DNA of 25,762 nt from assembly GCA_037133055.1 (NCBI GenBank), contig JBAXOY010000037.1, positions 1 to 25,762 of the forward strand. The letters are read 5' to 3'. The notes under the pieces were generated by a model, which was not told the DNA's origin, did not search any database, and saw nothing but the letters and a program-made list of their open reading frames with translations. This stretch comes from Chlamydiota bacterium (GTDB lineage: Bacteria; Auribacterota; Tritonobacteria; UBA1439). The translations under genes were made by a program, and so were the position numbers. Below, one piece after another: positions 16,362 to 24,188 of this stretch (the stretch's first letter is position 1; each line of letters starts with the position of its first letter).

Positions 16362-17663
16362 TCAGGGCGCAACCCACCCGTAGCCGCTGATGCCGTTCGT
16401 GCCGCTCGCGCCGAACGTGGCGCAGGAGTCCGCGGCGAAGCCGTCGGGGCGTGTTTTGTTGGACGGCTGGAAGTTGACCTTTACGGCGGCGGGGTGCACG
16501 GCCGCGTCGGCTGGATCGCCTTCGCAGCGGATCTCCGCCGCATCGCTGTAGCCGTCCCCGTCCGCGTCGCCGGCGCCGAGGGACAGGAAATCGAATACCA
16601 CGCCGGTGCCGTATCGCCCCTGGAGCAGGAGGGTTGTGTCAGAAAGGTCCACGGTGCAGAATTCATAGGTCGTTTCGGCGTAGACCTGGTAGGGGTTTGG
16701 ATTTTGGTTTATGGCGTAGAGGGGCGCGCCGCCCCCGCCGGTCACGACATAGTTGACGCCCGCCTTGAGGCTTCGCTCGTACAGGTGGTCGTCGCCGTTG
16801 AACACCATGTCCACCCCGTGGGACTCGAGAAGCGGTACGAGATTGGCCTGGACGGCGGCATAGCCGCCGTGCATGCCGGAGGAGTACGCGGGGTAGTGGA
16901 ACATGACGAAGACCCAGTCCTGGGCGGTGGCGCTGAGGTCGGCATCCAGCCAGGTGTATTGGGCCGAACCGACGGTATAGGATGCCTCGGTGTCCAGCAC
17001 CGCGAAATGCGCGTTTCCGATGTCGAACGAGTACCACCTGTTCGGGGCGTTGGGAAAATACAAGTAATCGTTCACCCAGGTGGATTTGTCGTGGTTGCCG
17101 ATGGCGACATAGAGCGGGACCTCGTAGAGGAGCGCAGCCGCGGGGGTGAAAAACTCTGACGCCCAGTAGCTGTAGGTGTCGCCGTCGTAGCAAAGGTCGC
17201 CGACGTTGAGGACGATGCGCGGGGAAGGGGAGGAGGCGAGGATGGCTTCCGTGAGGAGTTGGTGTTCGGGCGCGTTGGATCGGTTGTCCCCGTAAGCCGC
17301 GAAGCGGAACGGCGTTGCGGCGGTCAAGGCCGCCCGGACAGTGTGGTCGGCGCTCGAGAACGCGCCCGTGGTCGTCTTGTAGTGGTAGGTCGTGTCGGCG
17401 CTCAGGGGGGTGATCTGAAGGCTGTGGACATATCTGGTCGTCCCGCTGTGTGTGACGGTGGCCGCGGTCCCCGTGACCGAAGAGCCGTAGGAATCCGTCG
17501 TGCCGTAGTCAACGCGGCTGTCGGTCCCCGAGTCCGTCTCCCACCGGACGCGCACGCTCGTCTGCGTCAGGTCCTGTAGATATGGGCCCTTGAGTATGGC
17601 GGCCCCCGCCGGGGCGGCGGCCGCGCACAAGACCAGCAGCGTGGCGCTGAATCGAGAGGTCAT
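16362..17663 (-). CDS. Secreted purple-acid-phosphatase-like metallophosphoesterase (FN3-like plus calcineurin-like domains) with C-terminal tail domain
   Basis: Signal peptide; GPYLQ...WET; YGD, GDL, GNHD, FHYP, NGDDHLYER, VVTGGGGAPLY; tail DADGDG...VNFQP...GYGW. Confidence 0.9.
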   Translation of the reverse strand: MTSRFSATLLVLCAAAAPAGAAILKGPYLQDLTQTSVRVRWETDSGTDSRVDYGTTDSYGSSVTGTAATVTHSGTTRYVHSLQITPLSADTTYHYKTTTGAFSSADHTVRAALTAATPFRFAAYGDNRSNAPEHQLLTEAILASSPSPRIVLNVGDLCYDGDTYSYWASEFFTPAAALLYEVPLYVAIGNHDKSTWVNDYLYFPNAPNRWYSFDIGNAHFAVLDTEASYTVGSAQYTWLDADLSATAQDWVFVMFHYPAYSSGMHGGYAAVQANLVPLLESHGVDMVFNGDDHLYERSLKAGVNYVVTGGGGAPLYAINQNPNPYQVYAETTYEFCTVDLSDTTLLLQGRYGTGVVFDFLSLGAGDADGDGYSDAAEIRCEGDPADAAVHPAAVKVNFQPSNKTRPDGFAADSCATFGASGTNGISGYGWVAP

Positions 17664-17783
17664 GGCATCCCCCTATCTGCACTATGGTGTAGTGCCCCGT
17701 AAATACCTATACAGTTGCCGACTGTTTCGTTTTCGCTGTCCAGGCTGCGTACATCACGGCGTGATCGTCTCCAGAGATGATAG

Positions 17784-17800
17784 TGCAATTAGCGTACCAG
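17784..17800 (-). promoter_or_regulatory. sigma54 (-24/-12) promoter for the phosphatase
   Basis: Minus strand CTGGTACGCTAATTGCA = GG-N10-GC, close to the TGGCACG-N4-TTGC consensus. Confidence 0.75.
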
Positions 17801-17823
17801 CATTGCCGACTATCTCTAGTGCA

Positions 17824-17836
17824 TAACCAATTGATA
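17824..17836 (-). promoter_or_regulatory. IHF binding site
   Basis: TATCAATTGGTTA matches WATCAANNNNTTR exactly, in an AT-rich tract between the sigma54 site and the palindromes. Confidence 0.65.
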
Positions 17837-17877
17837 GCAATATAGTTAGGGATATGAAATGTACTGCGGTTTGAAAC

Positions 17878-17945
17878 TGTGCCAAAAATGGCCTTTTCGT
17901 CGTGAATTGGAAGGCAAAACAGTGCCATTATGACATTGTTTTGCC
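17878..17945. promoter_or_regulatory. Candidate enhancer (UAS) sites for a sigma54 activator
   Basis: GTGCCA-AAAA-TGGCC and the 33-bp palindrome GGCAAAACAGTGCCA-TTA-TGACATTGTTTTGCC (17913-17945, 2 mismatches). Confidence 0.55.
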
Positions 17946-18029
17946 GGCATTGTAAAAGTCGTGAATGAAGAACTTTCTCATCCCTGATCCAGACTGGACG
18001 GGAGGGTAACGGGGGGACATCCCGTACAC

Positions 18030-19226
18030 TCAGGGTTTGCACCCCTTGCAGGGCGTCTTGCCCGAGGCGATGGCATCGTCCCGGGTCTTGTAGACCACCA
18101 GGTTTCTCCCGGATATTTTCTTTGCCCACGCGCAGTCCGGCTTGTGGTAGGTCTTGCCTGTCGAACTCGCGCACAGCTCGCCGGCCGCGGGCGTTTGTGC
18201 GGGGGCGGAGGCTTTCGCCCCCCCCTGCGCGGCGTCCGGGGCCGAAGCAGGCCCTCCTGAATCGCCCGGGGACGGGGCTTCGTCGGCCTTGCAGGTCTTG
18301 CAGGGAGTGTAGCCGGCAGCCACGGCCTCTTCGCAGGTGGTGAAATAGACCCTGTTCCTCTCCGCTATCTTCTGCGCCCACCTGCACTCGGCGCGGTGGA
18401 CCTTCCTGTTTGCGGAGTGGCCGATAAAGGGACGGCTGCCCGCCGATGCGGCGGCGCCCCCGACCGGCGAAAGAGCCGCGGCCGGGGCATCTTCAGGTTT
18501 GCAGAGGGAGCAGGGGACCGCTCCGGCAGCCACGGCCTCGGCATAGCGCATGAAGAATATCCTCTTCCGGGCCGGGATCTCCTGAACCCTTGCGCACCCC
18601 GCACGGTGCACCCTCTTCGACTCGATGTCTCCCACGAACGGGGGCTCGCCCGTTTTCTCTATCCGCGCCCCGCGCGCGGGAGTGGACGCCGCGCCTGACG
18701 GCGCCGCCTCATCCGCCTTGCACGTCTTGCAGGGGGAGTAACCCGCAGCGGCGGCCTCCTGGTACGTGTTGAAATAAGCGCGGTTCTTCTCCGACATCTT
18801 CTGCGCCCACCTGCACTCGGCGCGGTGGACTTTCTTCTTTTCCTTGTGACCGATGAAGGCGCCGGCGGATGCCGCGGCCGCCGGCTTCTCCGGCGCGCCG
18901 GTCTCGCGGGCCGCGGGCGGTTCCGCGGCGAGGGCGGGTCCATCCGTGAGCCCGGCGAGTGCCTTCCCGCACTCCGCGGCGGCCTTCGAGACCTCGTCGG
19001 CATTCCAGTCGGGGTTGAGGGCCTTGACCTCCATGAGGAGCGATGCGGCGGATTCGAATTTCCGGCGGGCATTGAGCCTCTCCTTCTCCACGGCGCGCAG
19101 TGCCGTGCGTCCATCTCGCAGCATGGCTTGGGCCTCCTGGAACTTCGCCGACGGGCCGTCCTGGGCGCGTACGGCCGCCGTGAACAGGAACGCCGCCCCC
19201 GCGAACAGCGCGAGCATTTTTCTCAT
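18030..19226 (-). CDS. Secreted protein with four Ada-type metal-binding repeats
   Basis: SD GGAGGT; signal peptide ending VRA; helical N-domain; 4 x H-x3-C...A.A.G..PCxxC separated by Pro/Ala linkers. Confidence 0.85.
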   Translation of the reverse strand: MRKMLALFAGAAFLFTAAVRAQDGPSAKFQEAQAMLRDGRTALRAVEKERLNARRKFESAASLLMEVKALNPDWNADEVSKAAAECGKALAGLTDGPALAAEPPAARETGAPEKPAAAASAGAFIGHKEKKKVHRAECRWAQKMSEKNRAYFNTYQEAAAAGYSPCKTCKADEAAPSGAASTPARGARIEKTGEPPFVGDIESKRVHRAGCARVQEIPARKRIFFMRYAEAVAAGAVPCSLCKPEDAPAAALSPVGGAAASAGSRPFIGHSANRKVHRAECRWAQKIAERNRVYFTTCEEAVAAGYTPCKTCKADEAPSPGDSGGPASAPDAAQGGAKASAPAQTPAAGELCASSTGKTYHKPDCAWAKKISGRNLVVYKTRDDAIASGKTPCKGCKP

Positions 19227-19278
19227 GTAAAAACCTCCCTGGTTGCAGAACCCACGTGTCCAAGCCGGAAAGTGTGAC

Positions 19279-19345
19279 AACGGTTCAGCCGCGGATACGG
19301 CAAAGAAATCGAGACAAATCAGCGCGAATCCGCGGCAAAACCGTT
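19279..19345. repeat. Intergenic inverted repeat
   Basis: AACGGTT-ca-GCCGCGGAT ... ATCCGCGGC-aa-AACCGTT. Confidence 0.6.
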
Positions 19346-19378
19346 ATCTCTCCCCCGTTCTCTCCGCGGTGAACAGAT

Positions 19379-19876
19379 TCATTTCGCCCCCGCCGCCGGG
19401 GTCTCCGCGGCGTCCGGCCTGCATCCCCCGCAGGCGGTGAACCCCGCCGCCTCGGCCTCTTTCCATGACTTGAATCCGGCGCGGTTCAAGGGGGATATCT
19501 TCTTCGCGAACTCGCAGCCCGCGCGGTGGAGCCTCTTGCTGTTCCGGTTGCCGATGAACGGCATGTCCAGCGCCGCGGCGGACCCGCTCACCTCCTCGAC
19601 ATCGGGCTTGCACTTCCCGCAGGCGACGTAGCCCGCGGCCTGGGCCTCTTTCCATGTCGCGAAGCCGACGCGGTTCTCATCGGAGATTTTCCTGGCCCAC
19701 TCGCACGAGGCCCGATGCACCTTTCGGGTGACCCTGTGTCCGACAAACGGGGTGGACGCCTGCGCCCCCGGCACCGCGGCAGCCCCGGGGTCGGGGGCAT
19801 AGTCGGACGCGCGGGCCGCTATGGGCACGGCCGCCAGGACCGCCCCGGCGATCAGGAACGCGGACCATCGCTTCAT
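19379..19876 (-). CDS. Secreted protein with two Ada-type metal-binding repeats
   Basis: SD AAGGGGGG; signal peptide MKRWSAFLIAGAVLAAVPIAARA; VHRASC...ACGKCKP and LHRAGC...ACGGCRP. Confidence 0.85.
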   Translation of the reverse strand: MKRWSAFLIAGAVLAAVPIAARASDYAPDPGAAAVPGAQASTPFVGHRVTRKVHRASCEWARKISDENRVGFATWKEAQAAGYVACGKCKPDVEEVSGSAAALDMPFIGNRNSKRLHRAGCEFAKKISPLNRAGFKSWKEAEAAGFTACGGCRPDAAETPAAGAK

Positions 19877-20144
19877 GGAACCCCCCTTGTATGCAAATTC
19901 GCTGTCGAGCTCGCCTCTACCCTCATCCCGCATCATCACGGGCGCCGCAACGCAGCAGACGGCCGCCCGCCGCCAACCCCCCCCGGGCCGCCGCCGGTTA
20001 TGTCGCGGCTCCGCGTTGCTCCGGTCTCCCCGCCTGCCAGATGACGGGCAGGGGCGTGCGGCCTGAATACGCCTTCGGCCTCGCGTCTTGATCCGCTCGC
20101 AACCGGCAGGCCGCGATTTTCCGCTATCCGGCGGGAAAAGGCAA

Positions 20145-20187
20145 CAGGAATCTGCGGACAGGAATCTGCGGAATCTGCAAGGAATCC
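20145..20187. repeat. GGAATCTGC short tandem repeat
   Basis: CAGGAATCTGCGGA x2 plus partial copies; shares the ATCTGC core with 25172-25401. Confidence 0.65.
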
Positions 20188-20271
20188 ACCGGGTAAAAGC
20201 CGTATATGAGGCATCGGGCGGCGCTGTGATACAATAGCCGCCGGCAACGGCGCCGGCCGGGGGGACGGATC

Positions 20272-21396
20272 GTGAGACCGATGGTGAGCTGGACAACGCT
20301 GCTCTGCCTGCTGATCGCAGGCGGGTGCGCGTGGGGTCCGCGTGCGGCGAAGGCCCCCCGTGCCCCGGTTGAGATCGCCGTCGCGTCCTGGAACATCGAG
20401 CAGTTCGACGCCGCGGGGCCGGACGACAGGACCTTTCCCACGAGGACCGCGCGGCACCTCGAGATGATCGCCGAGACGGTCCTCCGCACGGGCGCCGACG
20501 TCATCGGATTCCAGGAGATCGTGGGGCCGGAGCGCGAGGGAGACCCGTATGCCCTCGATCAACTCGTCGCGGAAATGAACAGGCTTGATGCCGCCCGCGG
20601 GCGTCCGGCGTCGTGGAAGGGGTGGCCGACGAAGCCGCCCAAACACTTCAGCCACATCGCCATGGCGTGGAACGACCGGACCCTCGAGCTCCTCGGGCGC
20701 GTCACCTCCCTCTGGGCGCTCCACAGCGGGTACGGTAAAAAGGGGGGCATGTCCCCGAAAGAGGATCTGCGCTTCCCGCGCATCCCGCTCGCCGCGCGCT
20801 TCAGGGTGCGCGCCGCGCCGGAAAACAGTTTCACGATGGTGGTGCTCCACCTCAAGGCCGGGAGCACGGGGCTGCGCGGAGGGCTCGACACGAACGACGT
20901 GCGCCGTCGGGGCGAGTGGGAGGATCTGCTCAGGAAATGGGTGCTCGACCCCGATGCGCAGGGGGAGCTCCGCGACAGGAACCTCGTCATCGCGGGGGAC
21001 ATGAACGAGAGTGCGTCGGTGATCGTGAACCTGATGGACGAGTTCGGGACGGGCGATGACGTCAAGGGGCGGCTCCTGCTCGACCCATCGGATTTCTCCG
21101 ATCCGGCGGCGACGCTCCTTTTCGCGAGCGGGGGGCTCAAGGCCCCGAAGGACTACACCTACCAGGGGAACTCGGAGAAGGGGGAGGAGGACGGCGGGGA
21201 GAAGCGCCCGGCGGACGAGCTCTGGGACAGGAAGAAGTTCATGGACCAGATCCTCATCTCGCGGAGCCTCGCGGATGCGTGGGACGGGGAATACCGGATC
21301 GAGTATTTCGAGAAGGCGTACCCGCTCAGCGACCACGTTCACCTCTCGGACCACCGGCCGGTCTGCATCAGGCTGCGTTTCCCCGCCGGAAGATAA
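20272..21396 (+). CDS. Endonuclease/exonuclease/phosphatase (DNase I-like) family lipoprotein
   Basis: Lipobox-like AGGC; SWNIE, FQEI, HLKA, GDMN, DQILIS, SDHRPV; extended -10 TGaTACAAT at 20227-20235. Confidence 0.88.
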   Translation: MRPMVSWTTLLCLLIAGGCAWGPRAAKAPRAPVEIAVASWNIEQFDAAGPDDRTFPTRTARHLEMIAETVLRTGADVIGFQEIVGPEREGDPYALDQLVAEMNRLDAARGRPASWKGWPTKPPKHFSHIAMAWNDRTLELLGRVTSLWALHSGYGKKGGMSPKEDLRFPRIPLAARFRVRAAPENSFTMVVLHLKAGSTGLRGGLDTNDVRRRGEWEDLLRKWVLDPDAQGELRDRNLVIAGDMNESASVIVNLMDEFGTGDDVKGRLLLDPSDFSDPAATLLFASGGLKAPKDYTYQGNSEKGEEDGGEKRPADELWDRKKFMDQILISRSLADAWDGEYRIEYFEKAYPLSDHVHLSDHRPVCIRLRFPAGR

Positions 21397-21454
21397 TCCG
21401 GCGTGCTTCGCTCCCGCCGCGTCACTCACCCGGCGGCATTACAAGGAGGAGGGA

Positions 21455-22060
21455 ATGATGAGAAGGCTGATGGCGGCGGCGGCGGCGTTATGGTGCGTCC
21501 ATGGAGCGCTCGCGCAGGAGAAGAGCGAGAAGAAGGCCGAGTCGCAGGAGGGGCAGGAGATGGTCGCGCTGGTGCCGAAGGGCTACCAGATAGAGATCGA
21601 ACTCGACGACACGCTCGACTCGCGGAGCGCGCACGTGGGGCAGAGCGTGCACGCACGCCTCACCCAGCCGATTACGGCGGGGGGGCGGGTGGTTGTCCCC
21701 GAGGGGACGCGGGTCACCGGCAAGGTCACCGAGGTCAAGAGCCCCAAGGCGGGGCTGCTCAAGGCGGGCATCAAGTTCAAACTCGACGAGATTCACGCCC
21801 GCCACCACAAGGTCCCGATCGAGGCCTCCGCGCACATCGACGTCAACGACCTGGCGATGAAGGGCGGCAAGATGGCCGGCACCATGGTGGCAAAAGAGGT
21901 GGCGAAGAGCTTCATCCCCGTCCTCGGCACGGTGTACCTGGTCCAGAACATCGCGAGCGGCATCCAGTTCGTCACGGAGGAGAAGGAGATCACGATCCCG
22001 GCGGGAACGAGGATGAAGCTCTGCTTCGACAGTGACGCGAGAATCCCGGCGGGGCGATGA
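21455..22060 (+). CDS. Secreted hypothetical protein with a VirB10/TrbI-like beta-barrel signature
   Basis: SD AAGGAGG; signal peptide ending ALA; VPKG..I.IEL...LDS....G..V.A.L......G.VVVPEGT.VTGKV...; ITIPAGT at the C-terminus. Confidence 0.7.
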   Translation: MMRRLMAAAAALWCVHGALAQEKSEKKAESQEGQEMVALVPKGYQIEIELDDTLDSRSAHVGQSVHARLTQPITAGGRVVVPEGTRVTGKVTEVKSPKAGLLKAGIKFKLDEIHARHHKVPIEASAHIDVNDLAMKGGKMAGTMVAKEVAKSFIPVLGTVYLVQNIASGIQFVTEEKEITIPAGTRMKLCFDSDARIPAGR

Positions 22061-22092
22061 CAAATAACGTAAGTGCGTGAGCCCGTCGCGAC

Positions 22093-23877
22093 CTACCGCT
22101 CCCCCTTGAGCACCACGAGCTCCGGCGCGACCTTGAGGAGCAGGCGCTTGCAGCGGGCCCTGGTATCCTCGATGTTCGTGTAGCCGAGCACCTCCTCGGC
22201 GAGGGTCCTGGCGTCCGCGAGCTGCACGGAGCGGATCACCTTCTTGATCTCCGGGATGGAGACCGCGCTCACGCTGAACTCGTCGAGGCCCATCCCGAGC
22301 AGGATCAGGGCGAGGGAGGGTTCGCCCGCCATCTCTCCGCACATCCCCACCCAGATGTTCTCCTTGTGGCCTGCCGTGATGACCTGGTTGACGAGCCTGA
22401 GGATGGCCGGGTGCCGCGGCTCGTACAGATAGGCGATCTTCTCGTTCACCCGGTCCACGGCGAGCGCGTACTGGATCAGGTCGTTCGTCCCGATGCTGAA
22501 GAAGTCCACGTGCTTCGCCAGGATGTCGGAGGTGAGGGCGGCCGAGGGGATCTCGATCATGGCGCCCACCTCGATCTTCTCGTCGAACTTCTTTCCCCGC
22601 TTCCTGAGCTCGTCCATGCACTCGCTCAGGATCGCCCGGGCGCGCATGAGCTCGTCGATGCCGGAGATCATGGGGAACATCACCTTGACGTTGCCCCCGA
22701 CCGACGACCTTAAAATGGCGCGGAGCTGCGCCTTGAAGATGTCGGTCCGCTCGAGGCAGAACCGGATGGCCCGCCAGCCGAGGAACGGGTTCATCTCCCG
22801 CGGCACCTGGAGGTCGGAGAGGAACTTGTCGCCGCCGAGGTCGAGGGTCCTGATGATGACCGAGTTCGGGTGGGCCTGCTCCGCGACCGACCGGTACGCC
22901 TCGACCTGCTCGTCCTCGCCGGGGATATCCCGGCGGTTCATGTAGAAGAACTCGGTCCGGTAGAGGCCGATCCCGTCGGCCCCCTGCGCGAGCGCCCCCG
23001 GGACGTCCTCCGGGAGCTCGATATTGGCGGCGAGCGAAACGCGGTAGCCGTCGAGCGTTTCGGCGGGGAGGTCCTTCAGGTTGACCAGGCGCTCCTCGAT
23101 GACCCGCAGCTTTGTCCTGACCTGGGTGTACTTACTGAGGGTGTCGCGGGACGGGGAGGCGATGACCACCCCTCCGGTCCCGTCCACGATGAGGGTTTCG
23201 CCCGTCTTGACCTTCCGGCTGATGTCGTGGAGCCCGACCACCGCCGGGGCCCTGAGCGACCGGGCCATGATCGCGGTGTGCGAGGTCATTGCGCCGATGT
23301 CGGTGGCGAAGCTTATCACCTTGTCCTTGTGCATCAGGGCGGTGTCGGAGGGGGAGAGGTCGTAGGCGACGATGATGACCTCCTCCGTGAGCTTGCCCAC
23401 GTCCTCGCGCGTCCTGCCCATCAGGTTGTGGAGCACCCGCCGGGTCACGTCGCGGATATCGCTGGCCCGCTCCTTGAGGTACGCGTCCTCGATCTGGGAG
23501 AAGATCTCGGCGTATTTCCTGCTGACCTGCTCGAAGATGAACTCGATGTTGTAACGCTCGCGCTCGATCTTCTTGATCACGTCCTCGATGAATGACCGGT
23601 CCTCGAGCACCAGGAGGTGGGCGTTGAAGATCTCGGCGTGTTTCGCCCCGAGGCGTTCCGAGATCTTGTCCTGGATCTGGAGAATTTCCTGGCGGGTGCG
23701 GATGAGGGCATCCTCGAACCGGGCGATCTCGACGGGGACCTGCGCGGCGTCGATGTGGCGCTTGATGACGACGATTTCCTCGCAGTCGAAGATGAAGGCC
23801 TTGCCGATGGCGACGCCTGGAGAGACGCCGATCCCGTGGAAGATCCTCTCCTGGGGCCTCATCGCGTGTGGGGGCAT
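22093..23877 (-). CDS. ptsI: Phosphoenolpyruvate-protein phosphotransferase (PTS enzyme I)
   Basis: TSHTAIMARS, GIGLYRTEF, EMNPFLGWRAIR, FSIGTNDLIQY, MCGEMAG. Confidence 0.97.
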   Translation of the reverse strand: MPPHAMRPQERIFHGIGVSPGVAIGKAFIFDCEEIVVIKRHIDAAQVPVEIARFEDALIRTRQEILQIQDKISERLGAKHAEIFNAHLLVLEDRSFIEDVIKKIERERYNIEFIFEQVSRKYAEIFSQIEDAYLKERASDIRDVTRRVLHNLMGRTREDVGKLTEEVIIVAYDLSPSDTALMHKDKVISFATDIGAMTSHTAIMARSLRAPAVVGLHDISRKVKTGETLIVDGTGGVVIASPSRDTLSKYTQVRTKLRVIEERLVNLKDLPAETLDGYRVSLAANIELPEDVPGALAQGADGIGLYRTEFFYMNRRDIPGEDEQVEAYRSVAEQAHPNSVIIRTLDLGGDKFLSDLQVPREMNPFLGWRAIRFCLERTDIFKAQLRAILRSSVGGNVKVMFPMISGIDELMRARAILSECMDELRKRGKKFDEKIEVGAMIEIPSAALTSDILAKHVDFFSIGTNDLIQYALAVDRVNEKIAYLYEPRHPAILRLVNQVITAGHKENIWVGMCGEMAGEPSLALILLGMGLDEFSVSAVSIPEIKKVIRSVQLADARTLAEEVLGYTNIEDTRARCKRLLLKVAPELVVLKGER

Positions 23878-23878
23878 G

Positions 23879-24157
23879 TCAGTCCTCGCCGAATTTGCTG
23901 TTCACCAGCTCCTCGAGCGCGCTCACCGCGTCCGCGGCGTCCGCGCCCTCCGCGGTGATCGTGATCTTCAGGCCCTTGCCGGCGGCGAGCATCATGATGC
24001 CCATGATGCTCTTGCCGTTGACCCGTTCGCTCCCGCGCTCGACGGTAATCTCGGAGAGGAACTTGCTGGCCAGTTGCACGAACATGGCCGCCGGCCTCGC
24101 GTGGAGGCCGAGCGAGTTGGTGATGGTGAGTTCCCTGCGCACGATGGTTTCAGCCAT
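23879..24157 (-). CDS. ptsH: Phosphocarrier protein HPr
   Basis: GLHARPA (His15) and GKSIMG (Ser46). Confidence 0.97.
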   Translation of the reverse strand: MAETIVRRELTITNSLGLHARPAAMFVQLASKFLSEITVERGSERVNGKSIMGIMMLAAGKGLKITITAEGADAADAVSALEELVNSKFGED

Positions 24158-24188
24158 GAGCCCCCTCTACGTGACCCCTTACCACGGG

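Noticed and set aside
17664..17775. Riboswitch or IS end in the phosphatase leader
   Set aside because: No recognisable aptamer consensus; TAGTGCCCCGTAAATA looks IS-end-like, but no partner repeat or transposase is visible
18030..19876. Annotation as Ada/AdaA DNA-repair regulators or c-type cytochromes
   Set aside because: Signal peptides present, no AraC or methyltransferase domain, acceptor Cys replaced by His; the CxxC motifs are not followed by His
19890..19910. Possible sigma54 site before the two-repeat Ada gene
   Set aside because: GA instead of the invariant GG at -24, and too close to the SD
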